The notes: generated from the letters alone by a model not told the origin. Positions 1 through 8,456 are shown, counted from the first letter of the stretch. The stretch is DNA of 64,000 bases from an uncultured Gammaproteobacteria bacterium (GCA_964588955.1 CAZPQJ010000003.1:42-64041); one strand, 5' to 3'. Made by a program: numbers and translations.

Positions 1-1164
1 GGCGATAAGCGTCGAACCGCTTCCACCGAATAGGTCGAGAACGTAATCACCTGGCTTAGTGCAGCGTCGCAATGACTTTTCGTGAAGCGTTGGATTCTTG
101 CTCGTCGGATGTTCGTAAGAAGACGAGGCGAGCCGCTTCACGAGCCACACGTTGAGGAGATCAAGTACGTCGTCGATAAGCTGATTACCCGTACCAACTT
201 CCTTGTTAAGAACTTCGTTTAGATTCATGACGGAGGGCGCGAGATACGGCTTCCCACGTGTGGCGTACACGCACGGTTCGCTGACCTTGTTGAAGGCAAC
301 GCCCGGCGTAGGATTTGCGTTGTCCTTGAGCCAAATGCAGACACGCCGGTTCGTCAGTCCGAATTCTCGGAACAGTTCCTGCATGAGATAGATGTAAGAC
401 TCGTCGCACCAATAGAAGGCGTGGACGTCATGCTTCGCAACGGCGAGCGCGTTTTCCATCGTCTTCCTGATGAACGCGCGATAGTCTTTGTCGCTCAGAC
501 TGTCATTCGTCTTGTGGCCTCCGTACTTCCCAGCCGTGCCAACGCCTTTGTCGTAAGAAAGGCCGATGTTGTAGGGAGGATCGCAGGCAATGAAGCTCAC
601 GTCTCGCTTGCCAACGAGTAATGCGACATCTTCCGCCTTGGTCGAGTCTCCGCAGAGCAGACGGTGAGAACCGAGAACGTAAAGCGTTCCGGGTTTCGTC
701 ACGGGTTTCTTGATTGCGGCGATCTCCTTCACCACATCGAACTCGTCATCTTCAGTCTCAAGCGTCTCGTCCCAAATGTTGGTGATGTCTTCGCTGTCGA
801 ACCCGACGTCGAGTAGTAGATCGATATCGAATCCTTCGGCGAGCTTTGACCAATCCCAATCGCCGTGAACGCGATTGCTTGTCAGAAGATACTGGTCGTA
901 CTCGGACTGCGTGAGCTTACGGTTCGGAACACGTACTTCGATCTCCTCGTTCTCACGTCCAAGGAGTTTCAGCACAGCAAGCCGCTGATGACCTGCCAGT
1001 ACCTTGTCATCCGCGTCGATGACAGGGATCTCAACAAGATTAAATTTCTTGAGACTCTTCGTGAGATCCTCGACCTGCTTCGGACTCATGACGCGTGGGT
1101 TCTTGTCGTTCGGAATAAGGTCTGCGGCGCGCCGCTTCTCGGTGCGCCATGTGAGTTTTGTCAT
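1..1164 (-). CDS. ParB/Srx N-terminal domain + N4/N6 DNA methyltransferase (runs off the window start)
   Basis: Not in the ORF track; translated by hand from ATG at 1164: MTKLTWRTEKRRAADLIPNDKNPR...LAGHQRL (ParB-like), HRLLCGDST, ACDPPYN (catalytic motif), HPTSK, VLDLFGGSGSTLIA (SAM-binding motif). Confidence 0.93.
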   Translation of the reverse strand, partial: MTKLTWRTEKRRAADLIPNDKNPRVMSPKQVEDLTKSLKKFNLVEIPVIDADDKVLAGHQRLAVLKLLGRENEEIEVRVPNRKLTQSEYDQYLLTSNRVHGDWDWSKLAEGFDIDLLLDVGFDSEDITNIWDETLETEDDEFDVVKEIAAIKKPVTKPGTLYVLGSHRLLCGDSTKAEDVALLVGKRDVSFIACDPPYNIGLSYDKGVGTAGKYGGHKTNDSLSDKDYRAFIRKTMENALAVAKHDVHAFYWCDESYIYLMQELFREFGLTNRRVCIWLKDNANPTPGVAFNKVSEPCVYATRGKPYLAPSVMNLNEVLNKEVGTGNQLIDDVLDLLNVWLVKRLASSSYEHPTSKNPTLHEKSLRRCTKPGDYVLDLFGGSGSTLIA

Positions 1165-1191
1165 AAAGATGACGTTAAGAATGAATAGCGG

Positions 1192-1262
1192 GAAAAAGAA
1201 AACGCCCGCTCTGCACGGAACGAAAGCAAAAAATGCTTTTCGTCCTGTACAGAACGGGCGTT
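1192..1262 (-). terminator. Long hairpin plus U-tract directly upstream of the methyltransferase (terminator or attenuator)
   Basis: Minus strand AACGCCCG-TTCTGTAC-AGGACGAAAAGCA...TGCTTTCGTTCC-GTGCAGAG-CGGGCGTT followed by TTCTTTTT. Confidence 0.6.
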
Positions 1263-1356
1263 GCCGAGGCGATGCCTCTCGGGAATCAATGATTCCGTCT
1301 ATCGCTTACGCGAAATTCGCAAGACTCGTTGCCGCAAGGGCTAGAATCTTCAATTG

Positions 1357-1674
1357 TTAGTCGGTTTTTACATATAGTGGAATGCCTTGGGGTGGCATGA
1401 CGACCTTGATCTCGCGTCCCTTGGCGCGTAGATCATTGATCCGAGCCATGTCCTCTTCCGGAAGGGGAAAGAAGGCTTCAATGCGGTTACCTTCGATCTT
1501 GAAGGATTCCGTGAACGCCCGCCCGGCTTCGCCGTTCATCGCGGACTTGTGCAGATGACGCGCGAGGCTTTTCGGGTTGTTCGCCTTACGGCGGTGAAGA
1601 GTGAAGTCGGTGACGAGAAAGACGCTGACCGTCTTGCCGTCATCCTCGAGGCGGATTGTGGTCGGTCTTTCCAT
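1357..1674 (-). CDS. Hypothetical protein (105 aa)
   Basis: MERPTTIRLEDDGK...; ATG overlaps the 3' end of the DUF2188 gene. Confidence 0.65.
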   Translation of the reverse strand: MERPTTIRLEDDGKTVSVFLVTDFTLHRRKANNPKSLARHLHKSAMNGEAGRAFTESFKIEGNRIEAFFPLPEEDMARINDLRAKGREIKVVMPPQGIPLYVKTD

Positions 1675-1864
1675 AGGTATTCCGCTCTCGCCACTGACTG
1701 CCAGTTTGTCGGTGAACGAAGACGTCGCCGCCCTGATTTGTAGCGATTTGTTTAGCGATTTTTTCTGCTGCTTTCTGCGTGGGAACGACGACGGTGTCGC
1801 GGGAAGCCTTCTCCCGGCGCACGCCCCAGCCGTCTTCACGCTTCAAAACGTGTTGGTTGGCCAT
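1640..1864 (-). CDS. DUF2188 family protein
   Basis: QHVLKREDGWGVRRE...TQKAAEKIAKQIA...FVHRQTG...RERNTYG..NPPRG matches the DUF2188 pattern. Confidence 0.85.
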   Translation of the reverse strand: MANQHVLKREDGWGVRREKASRDTVVVPTQKAAEKIAKQIATNQGGDVFVHRQTGSQWRERNTYGKTDHNPPRG

Positions 1865-1889
1865 AAAATAAATTAGGAATCATGCGACT

Positions 1890-1975
1890 ATGATACGCCC
1901 GGCATTATTTAGCTGTCAACGAGTTCAACAAACATTGAACAACATTTGACAACGTTGCTCATCCTGATCCATAAT
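1890..1975. promoter_or_regulatory. Back-to-back sigma70 promoters with a central palindrome (candidate operator)
   Basis: Plus: TTGACA 1946-1951, 18 nt, CATAAT 1970-1975. Minus: TTGACA 1919-1914, 18 nt, TATCAT 1895-1890. GTTCAA-N6-TTGAAC at 1923-1940 lies between them. Confidence 0.6.
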
Positions 1976-1983
1976 ATTGCCGT

Positions 1984-2652
1984 ATGCATCCCATCCAAAA
2001 AGCAATTCTCGATCTCGCAAAGACTCGGAATATAGCCAAAATGACGCTCCGTGACCTTGGATTGGCGGTCACTGGCAAGGAGGAATTGCCCCAGAAGATG
2101 AAGTATCACCGTGAGAAGCTGATCGAAGCGGGACTTTTGCGGGTTGTCCACAATGGCGAGACGATTGAGCCCGTCGAATCTCGCGGCGCGACACCGGGAT
2201 TCGTACAGATTCCAATCCTTGGCGCGGCTTCCTGTGGTCCAGCCCTTGAAATCGCTCAGGAGAGCGTTGAAGGCTATCTCGTCATGTCCGAGAAGCTCGT
2301 ACCAGCCAATCATGATGCGGTTTTTGCCCTTCGCGCCGTCGGTCCCTCGATGAACCTCGCGAACGTGAATAACAAAACGATCGAGGACGGCGACATCGTC
2401 CTCGTGGATGGGAATGTCAGACAGCCATCGAACAACATGTATGTTCTTTCCGTCATCGGTGACGCCGCCAACATCAAGAAATACGTAGAGGAAGGAAACG
2501 GCCAAATCGCTCTCGTGTCCGAATCCACGGAGGATTTTCTTCCCATCTACATCCACCCAGAAGACGATTCGAGTTTCTTTATTAACGGAAAAGTAATCGA
2601 CGTCTTCAAGAAAAGGACGAAGCAGAAACAATATGCACATCGGCCATTCTGA
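1984..2652 (+). CDS. LexA/CI-like repressor (wHTH + S24 autopeptidase)
   Basis: N-terminal wHTH (TLRDLG...KLIEAGLL), IPILGAASCG cleavage loop, AVGPSMN (Ser), ANIKKY (Lys). Confidence 0.88.
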   Translation: MHPIQKAILDLAKTRNIAKMTLRDLGLAVTGKEELPQKMKYHREKLIEAGLLRVVHNGETIEPVESRGATPGFVQIPILGAASCGPALEIAQESVEGYLVMSEKLVPANHDAVFALRAVGPSMNLANVNNKTIEDGDIVLVDGNVRQPSNNMYVLSVIGDAANIKKYVEEGNGQIALVSESTEDFLPIYIHPEDDSSFFINGKVIDVFKKRTKQKQYAHRPF

Positions 2653-3586
2653 AATTGTTCGCTTCGCTGACGATAGGGTTAACCTTAAGCGCGAGGACGT
2701 AAAGGAATATCGCGATCAGGTGAACCGTCTGCGCGATCGTCTTGAACAGCACATAGCGGAAAATCCCGCCTTCGCTCTGCGGAAGATGCTTCTTTCCGGT
2801 AGTCTCGCAAAGGGCACAGCACTAAAATCTATCAACGACATCGACGTTGCCGTGTACGTATCGGAATCGGACGCACCGGCCACAATGTCCGAGCTGATTG
2901 CAAGCGTGGCGGGTCGGCTTCGCACGGCATTTCCAAATTTCAAGCCCGAACAGGTCGTGCAGAACTCCTCGAACATCACAATTCTGTTCTCTGGCACCGG
3001 ATTGAAGGTCGACATTGTTCCCATCCTTTACGATCAGGATCCTGATTGGAAGGGTCACATTGTCTATGAGAACGGGAATAAGGTGCTCACAAGCATACCG
3101 ATGCACCTGGATTTCATTCGTCGCCGGAAGGCAAAGCACGAACAGCATTACGCGCAGATAATTCGACTTTTGAAGTATTGGGTTAAGTATCAGAGGTCGA
3201 AGAATCCCGAATTTCGCTTCAAGTCCTTCATGATCGAACTGTTGGTCGCCCACCTCGTGGATCGCGGCCTCGAACTCGAGGACTACCCGGAAGCTCTGGC
3301 GAATATATTCGCATACCTTGCCACGGACGCCTTCCGTACCGATATCGCATTCAGCGATCACTACGATCCGACCGATTGCCCGGAGTGTTCTGACCCTATT
3401 CGCATCTGGGATCCGGTGAACCACCAGAATAACGTGGCGAGTAGGTACACCACGGCACAGCGTGAGGCGATTATTGACGCTGCGCTTGAGGCTGGTGACG
3501 CCGTAGACTCAGCGCTCCGCGCCCCAACCAAAGCAGAGGCACTCCGTTACTGGCGCAAGGTCTTTGGGCCAACTTTTGACGCATAG
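2633..3586 (+). CDS. cdnC: CBASS CD-NTase, CdnC-like cyclic oligonucleotide synthase
   Basis: SGSLAKGTAL..NDIDVAVY nucleotidyltransferase motif, VDIVP, FRFKSFMIEL, DPVN..NNVA, YWRKVFG; recognisably similar to E. coli MS115-1 CdnC. Confidence 0.95.
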   Translation: MHIGHSEIVRFADDRVNLKREDVKEYRDQVNRLRDRLEQHIAENPAFALRKMLLSGSLAKGTALKSINDIDVAVYVSESDAPATMSELIASVAGRLRTAFPNFKPEQVVQNSSNITILFSGTGLKVDIVPILYDQDPDWKGHIVYENGNKVLTSIPMHLDFIRRRKAKHEQHYAQIIRLLKYWVKYQRSKNPEFRFKSFMIELLVAHLVDRGLELEDYPEALANIFAYLATDAFRTDIAFSDHYDPTDCPECSDPIRIWDPVNHQNNVASRYTTAQREAIIDAALEAGDAVDSALRAPTKAEALRYWRKVFGPTFDA

Positions 3587-3588
3587 CT

Positions 3589-4098
3589 ATGTCTTACTCA
3601 ATGACCCGCACTGCCATCGAGGCATTCACCGTTACGCATGCTCGGCACATCGCCGCAAAGGTCGCGACCGACCTTCTTCGTTACACCCGTTACTACAAAA
3701 ATCCTACGATCGAGTTGATCAATAAGTACGAAGAGGAACTGGTTGCGCTCTTGAAGGCGGATTACCTGGACTACGTTATTTATGGGTACAAGCGTGATGG
3801 TAAGTGGGTCGAAGCCCTGCGTTATCACGCGCTTCCCGGTGGTACCCTGATGACCGACGATGATCCCGGAAAAATTCGCCCAGGAACCGATGTGCCAGGT
3901 GAAAATTTTGGTTCTTATCTTGTAAGGAATAGCCGCTGGGACAGCCTGCCGAAGGCGGAACAAGACCGCTTCGACGCGTCGCTTCCATTCTCGCGTAACG
4001 GTGTTCCTGAGCCCGAGCTGGTATCCGGCCGTTGGTCGCAGGATCACACTTATTCGGCACAAGGCCGTGGCATTACTCGAAGTACGATAATCCGCTAA
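3589..4098 (+). CDS. cap7: CBASS bacterial HORMA-domain protein
   Basis: FTVTHARHIAAKVATDL, YEEELVALLK, DDDPGKIRPG, TYSAQGRG as in E. coli HORMA1. Confidence 0.93.
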   Translation: MSYSMTRTAIEAFTVTHARHIAAKVATDLLRYTRYYKNPTIELINKYEEELVALLKADYLDYVIYGYKRDGKWVEALRYHALPGGTLMTDDDPGKIRPGTDVPGENFGSYLVRNSRWDSLPKAEQDRFDASLPFSRNGVPEPELVSGRWSQDHTYSAQGRGITRSTIIR

Positions 4099-4100
4099 CT

Positions 4101-5030
4101 ATGGACACAGAAATTGATGATCTCTTTGACCGTCGAAGTTCCTTCCCAGATAGCGACGCCTCGACGAGATTCGGCCAGCTCGTAGGAATCGACGAAACCA
4201 AGAAACGCCTCATCGGTACCTTGGGTATTTTAGTGAATCCGCAGGGTGTACGTGATTGGGCGAAAAAGTTTCATAAGAAGAGTTCTTCGCTTCTCGACCT
4301 CGTTGAACGCCGACCTCCGCTGGTGATTTTGGCTGGTGATGTAGGTACAGGAAAGACAGAGCTCGCAAGCACCGTCGGTGATCCCGTGGCACGTCAGGAA
4401 GGAGTTGAGATCACTCTGTACCCGATCAGTCTGTCGACCCGTGGGTCCGGCATGGTTGGAGAAATGACAAAACTATTAAGCGCGGCTTTCGATGAGGTTG
4501 TGAAGCGAGCGACGGAATTAAAGGGGTCAGGAGCAAAAGCAAAGGGTGCCGTTATTCTTTTGGTAGACGAGGCTGACGCTCTCGTGCAAAGCCGCGAAAA
4601 CGCACAAATGCACCACGAGGATCGCGCGGGGGTTAACGCGTTTATTCGCGGCGTTGACCGTCTTGCGGAGCGCCACCTTCCCGCAGTTGTCATCTTGTGC
4701 ACGAATCGTCTGTCCGCCATCGATCCGGCTGTCCGACGTCGTGCCGCCGAAACTTTTGTATTTGAGAGACCTAACGAAGAGCAGCGATCGTCAGTTCTTA
4801 AAAAGCCCTTGGCTGAGATTGGCTTCTCTGAGGAAGAGATTGCTAGCATCGTGACCACCACGGGCGTCTCTGGGAGTCGTGAATATGGCTTTACTTACTC
4901 GGACTTGACCCAGAGGCTACTTCCTTCAATCGTTTTGGACGCCTACCCTGACCACGCGGTCGTCTTTGACCGTGCTTTGGAGATCGCGTCTTCAATCCAT
5001 CCCACGCCGCCTTTTCAGGAGTCCAAATAA
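4101..5030 (+). CDS. cap6: CBASS TRIP13/Pch2-like AAA+ ATPase
   Basis: Walker A GDVGTGKT, Walker B LLVDEAD, MHHEDRAGVNAFIRGVD, DPAVRRRAA. Confidence 0.93.
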   Translation: MDTEIDDLFDRRSSFPDSDASTRFGQLVGIDETKKRLIGTLGILVNPQGVRDWAKKFHKKSSSLLDLVERRPPLVILAGDVGTGKTELASTVGDPVARQEGVEITLYPISLSTRGSGMVGEMTKLLSAAFDEVVKRATELKGSGAKAKGAVILLVDEADALVQSRENAQMHHEDRAGVNAFIRGVDRLAERHLPAVVILCTNRLSAIDPAVRRRAAETFVFERPNEEQRSSVLKKPLAEIGFSEEEIASIVTTTGVSGSREYGFTYSDLTQRLLPSIVLDAYPDHAVVFDRALEIASSIHPTPPFQESK

Positions 5031-5034
5031 CGCT

Positions 5035-5793
5035 ATGCCAAATCGAGCAAAAGCACAGTCAACTAAAGACGGCAAGACCTTTCTCAAAGAACGTTTTATT
5101 GACGTCGAGAAGGTGTTTGTAACAAAACTGAAGGCAGATCAACGTGCTATCACTCATGATGGAGCCCTGGGGGACACCACAGAAGATTCGTGGATTGAGC
5201 TTCTTCAGCGGTATCTTCCTTCTCGTTATAAAGTTGCTAAAGCTTTCGCGGTGGATCACTTGGGAAATACCACGCAACAACTTGATTGTCTGATTTTTGA
5301 TGCGCATTTTACTCCGGCACTATTCGGAAAGGATAAGAACCTGTACGTTCCAGCAGAAGCTGTTTACGCAACTTTTGAAATTAAACAAACGGCAAATGCC
5401 ACCCATCTGAAAGCGGCGGCAAAAAAAGTTGCGTCGTTGCGTGCGTTACAACGCACATCTGTTCCTCTTACATACGGTAAAAAACAAAACCCGGCGAAAA
5501 AGCCCTTCCCGATCATCGGCGGTCTGATCTCCATGAACGCGTCGTGGAAAGGTGGTTTGGGATCAGCTTTCTTGACTCAGTTCGACTCGTTGAAAAAAGA
5601 AAAATCTCTTGATCTTGTACTTACGGCGGAGCACGGATTTTGCGACCATCTTACGCCCGCCAATGAACGCGAGGTTGTAACAGGACCCGGTTCCTTACTG
5701 CGAGGATTATTTCGTCTGCTTGATAGTCTCAGGTCTCGGGCGTCGGTAGTTGCGATCGATTGGAAAAAATATGAGGCTGTATTTGAGGACTAG
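5035..5793 (+). CDS. nucC: CBASS effector endonuclease NucC
   Basis: GDTTEDSWIELLQRYLPSRY, QLDCLIFD, VPAEAVYATFEIKQ (D...ExK active site), KVASLRALQRTS. Confidence 0.92.
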   Translation: MPNRAKAQSTKDGKTFLKERFIDVEKVFVTKLKADQRAITHDGALGDTTEDSWIELLQRYLPSRYKVAKAFAVDHLGNTTQQLDCLIFDAHFTPALFGKDKNLYVPAEAVYATFEIKQTANATHLKAAAKKVASLRALQRTSVPLTYGKKQNPAKKPFPIIGGLISMNASWKGGLGSAFLTQFDSLKKEKSLDLVLTAEHGFCDHLTPANEREVVTGPGSLLRGLFRLLDSLRSRASVVAIDWKKYEAVFED

Positions 5794-6296
5794 CAGAGAT
5801 CCGGATTTTCGTTCTTCAGAAATACGAAAAACCAATGATGCTCACCATTCTTGATCTGCCGTGCCTTGAGTTCGCCGTTCCGCACCTTCTTGGCAACAGT
5901 TGTATGGTGCCAACCGAACTTCTTTTTGAGATCGTCAGATGATAACCAAATATCGGACTTACAAGCGACTTCTCCGGGGATCACGCCTTCCTTCACGGCC
6001 TTCTGACAGACCGGGCATTTGATCCCGAATTGGTCATACCAGCCCTCATCGTTGAACATGTGCTGCGAACACACAGCGCATGAGTAGGTACCCTGACCCG
6101 TAACGGCAAATCCATCAGGCTCTTTGAGAAGCCGCTCCTTCCACTGTTCCATCCTTACATGAACGTCGAGCAAAGTTCGGTAAAGTCCCAGGAGATTTTC
6201 GGAATACTCCAACGCTTGATCGTCAGTTAAATCTTGGTCATATTCTTTCTTCCAAAGTTCTTTGAAGGATTCGATCTGTTCGCGTTTTGTGCGCAT
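5790..6296 (-). CDS. Hypothetical protein with CxxC...CxxC zinc finger and C-terminal HTH (excisionase-like)
   Basis: CAVC, CPVC, then WLSSDDLKKKFGWHHTTVAKKVRNGELKAR; located beside the putative att site. Confidence 0.65.
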   Translation of the reverse strand: MRTKREQIESFKELWKKEYDQDLTDDQALEYSENLLGLYRTLLDVHVRMEQWKERLLKEPDGFAVTGQGTYSCAVCSQHMFNDEGWYDQFGIKCPVCQKAVKEGVIPGEVACKSDIWLSSDDLKKKFGWHHTTVAKKVRNGELKARQIKNGEHHWFFVFLKNENPDLC

Positions 6297-6430
6297 AAAA
6301 TCAGGGTTAATTTTAACTTGAGACACACCCCGTTTTCGTGTCTCATTTGTCTCATTTTGCCATGTGACCCGGGTGCTCGCACGACCCCCTAAAAAATCGC
6401 TCTGGGGGTTAAGGGAAATCAAGTTCTGTA

Positions 6431-6446
6431 CCCGCCCGGGGAGCCA
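6431..6446 (+). other. Putative att site: tRNA 3' end (Asn-like, ...GGAGCCA)
   Basis: CCCGCCCGGGGAGCCA = T-stem 3' side + acceptor + GCCA, preceded by an altered T-loop (GTTCTGTA) and followed by a terminator. Confidence 0.6.
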
Positions 6447-6479
6447 ACAATGCCTCAGCAGAAATGCTGGGGTTTTGTT
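6440..6479 (+). repeat. 40-bp direct repeat, copy 1 (tRNA end + terminator)
   Basis: GGAGCCAACAATGCCTCAGCAGAAATGCTGGG(G)TTTTGTT; 39/40 identical to 6992-7031. Confidence 0.9.
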
Positions 6480-6530
6480 ATGGTTTTGAGGCTACCTCAG
6501 GTGGGGTGAGAACTGGTATGCTTCGGATGT

Positions 6531-6884
6531 ATGAAAAAGAGTTTGATTGTTGGATTGTCTTTACTCGGCCTTCTTGTGTTATACGCCTTTGGAATGTTCG
6601 GGTGGGAAATGTATGTACAAGCCACGCAATTGCCGCGAGTTGAACAAGAAATGGGAATTGATTTGGGAACTCCGGAAGTCGATGGCCGTGAGGTGATTCA
6701 GTTTGTTCGAGTTGATGAAGATGGAATCGCATATCATGCAGGTGTACGTAAAGGTGATGTTCTCAACCAGTCATCGTTAGCTGAATTTGTGAATGCGTAT
6801 CTTGATGCTCAGCGATCCTTTTCATTTGTTGTTTTACGCGAAAATCAGAATGTGACAATTGTCATAGAGAAAGACACGCAATAG
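6531..6884 (+). CDS. Membrane-anchored PDZ-domain protein
   Basis: N-terminal TM; VRVDEDGIAYHAGVRKGDVL PDZ motif. Confidence 0.75.
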   Translation: MKKSLIVGLSLLGLLVLYAFGMFGWEMYVQATQLPRVEQEMGIDLGTPEVDGREVIQFVRVDEDGIAYHAGVRKGDVLNQSSLAEFVNAYLDAQRSFSFVVLRENQNVTIVIEKDTQ

Positions 6885-6991
6885 GTAAAGAGGATTGTTT
6901 AATATCAAATCAAATCTACCCCTGCGAATTTTTGGGATGCTGATGTAGTCCCCATAGTCCACAATCGCGGTTCTAACACGCTCCACGACGC

Positions 6992-7031
6992 GGAGCCAAC
7001 AATGCCTCAGCAGAAATGCTGGGATTTTGTT
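6992..7031 (+). repeat. 40-bp direct repeat, copy 2
   Basis: GGAGCCAACAATGCCTCAGCAGAAATGCTGGG(A)TTTTGTT. Confidence 0.9.
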
Positions 7032-7063
7032 TTAGCAAAATACATGTGGTAAGTTGATTTCGT

Positions 7064-7465
7064 ATGAAAAAATCTTTAGGAATCGCCGTGGGTGTTGCTG
7101 TCGTTGCGCTGCTGGCGGGAATCATTGGCATTATTGTGCGCATCGTCCCTGATGCTATTTACGTTCATGACGTCACTGCAGACGATTCCGCGTACCTTAT
7201 TCTGTACAAAGATACCGTTCTTACGTCTTATGGCGATATGGTCGCGGAGTCTGTTGTAGAGAATCAGGACGGCGAGATGCTTGTGTTGAAGTACAAAACC
7301 CCTGGCGAAAAGGGTGGAAATTTTCGTCGCGTTCTGAATATTACTGGTGATACCGCGGCGTTAGACGGCGTGGAGTATTCGCGCGTGTCTTCTTGGAATG
7401 TGTTTCAGCCGGCGCTTTACCAAACGCCGTTTGCGTACTTTTTGACGATTTTTTTGATGCGATAA
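7064..7465 (+). CDS. Hypothetical membrane-anchored protein
   Basis: MKKSLGIAVGVAVVALLAG N-terminal TM. Confidence 0.75.
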   Translation: MKKSLGIAVGVAVVALLAGIIGIIVRIVPDAIYVHDVTADDSAYLILYKDTVLTSYGDMVAESVVENQDGEMLVLKYKTPGEKGGNFRRVLNITGDTAALDGVEYSRVSSWNVFQPALYQTPFAYFLTIFLMR

Positions 7466-7531
7466 AAGCTGAATCGAGGTGAATTATAGCGACGCTCGTT
7501 TGTGGGTGTTGTACAAAATAATAAATTCAGT

Positions 7532-7990
7532 ATGAACAGACGTTTTTTCTTTTCTGTCGTGGATATTCTCGGGCTTTGCGTCGTTGTTGCGGCGGTAACA
7601 TTAGCATTTGTGAATCACGATCAGTGGATGGGATTCGTGCTCATTGCGCTTGGCATTGTGTGTATTTTTAGTCTTCTGCCTTTTGGCATCAAGTTGAAGT
7701 CCACTGTCCCCGACGTGCTTTTTGGAATCATCGATAACGGGATACTGGCCGTCATGGCGATTTTCGGTGGACATTTTGGCGGAATCGCGGGAGCGATTCT
7801 TGGTGGGGTTGTTGGCAACGCCATTACGGACGGCATCGCGGGAATTTTTGAGGGATACATTGCTGAAAAATTTGATGGTCAAGACGTTGCAAATCATCGA
7901 TCAATGCTAAAGTCGGCTGTGGGGAAAATGGCCGGGTGTCTTTTGGGTGCTGGTACCGTTTTGGCTGTCGTAAGTCTATTGCCGTTGTAG
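7532..7990 (+). CDS. Gly-rich integral membrane protein
   Basis: Several TMs; FGIIDNGIL...GGVVGNAITDGIAGIFEG. Confidence 0.75.
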   Translation: MNRRFFFSVVDILGLCVVVAAVTLAFVNHDQWMGFVLIALGIVCIFSLLPFGIKLKSTVPDVLFGIIDNGILAVMAIFGGHFGGIAGAILGGVVGNAITDGIAGIFEGYIAEKFDGQDVANHRSMLKSAVGKMAGCLLGAGTVLAVVSLLPL

Positions 7991-8145
7991 ACCAGCGAAA
8001 ACGGGAGGATCTTTTGTGTTAGAAATGTTTCCTGGTTAATGAGAGGATAGTGGTCGTTACTGTTTTCGCGGGGGGATAAAAACATGCGCGTTGTTGATAA
8101 GTGAGGTAAGATATATCCATATCTATCATTGATCTGTTGCTGCTT

Positions 8146-8412
8146 ATGCCTATTGCTCGAATGATGGCCGCGGGTGTGCGGGTAAGCGAACACAGCAAAA
8201 ATACGCGCCCGGGTCGCCGGCAGTTGACTTGCGCTGCCTGCGGGGTGCATGCCAAGCCTACGCGCCAAAAAGTTTGGAAGGATGTACGTGTTTTTGGTCT
8301 TCCTGTGTTTACCTGGAAGCGTACGTTTGTAGACAGATGTCCGTCGTGCAAAAAAGAGGTCGCTCGACGCCGCGCCGTGTTTGTGGAAGCAGCCCTTTGG
8401 TGGTTGCTGTAG
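8146..8412 (+). CDS. Zinc-ribbon domain protein
   Basis: CAAC...VFGLPVF...RCPSC. Confidence 0.6.
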   Translation: MPIARMMAAGVRVSEHSKNTRPGRRQLTCAACGVHAKPTRQKVWKDVRVFGLPVFTWKRTFVDRCPSCKKEVARRRAVFVEAALWWLL

Positions 8413-8456
8413 GGGTGTTGAACGCGTGATTTCATTTATTCAATTTTCGTTTATTT

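Larger units (their letters stand above)
1..6446. mobile_element. Right end of a tRNA-integrated element (prophage or genomic island)
   Basis: ParB-MTase, DUF2188, CI-like repressor, defence cargo, bounded by a tRNA 3'-end fragment; no integrase inside the window. Confidence 0.7.

Noticed and set aside
1259-1281. GAGAGGC...GCCTCGGCAAC on the minus strand resembles part of a SAM-I riboswitch ahead of a methyltransferase
   Set aside because: The kink-turn P2, the P1 AUC/GAU pairing and P4 are not recognisable; kept only as a generic structured leader
203-1360. Short ORFs listed in the track at the window start
   Set aside because: They overlap the ParB-methyltransferase (1-1164, minus), which the track missed because it runs off the window
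6935-6998. Possible intact tRNA ending in GGAGCCA
   Set aside because: No D-arm, anticodon arm or TTCGA loop can be folded; only the 3' end is present
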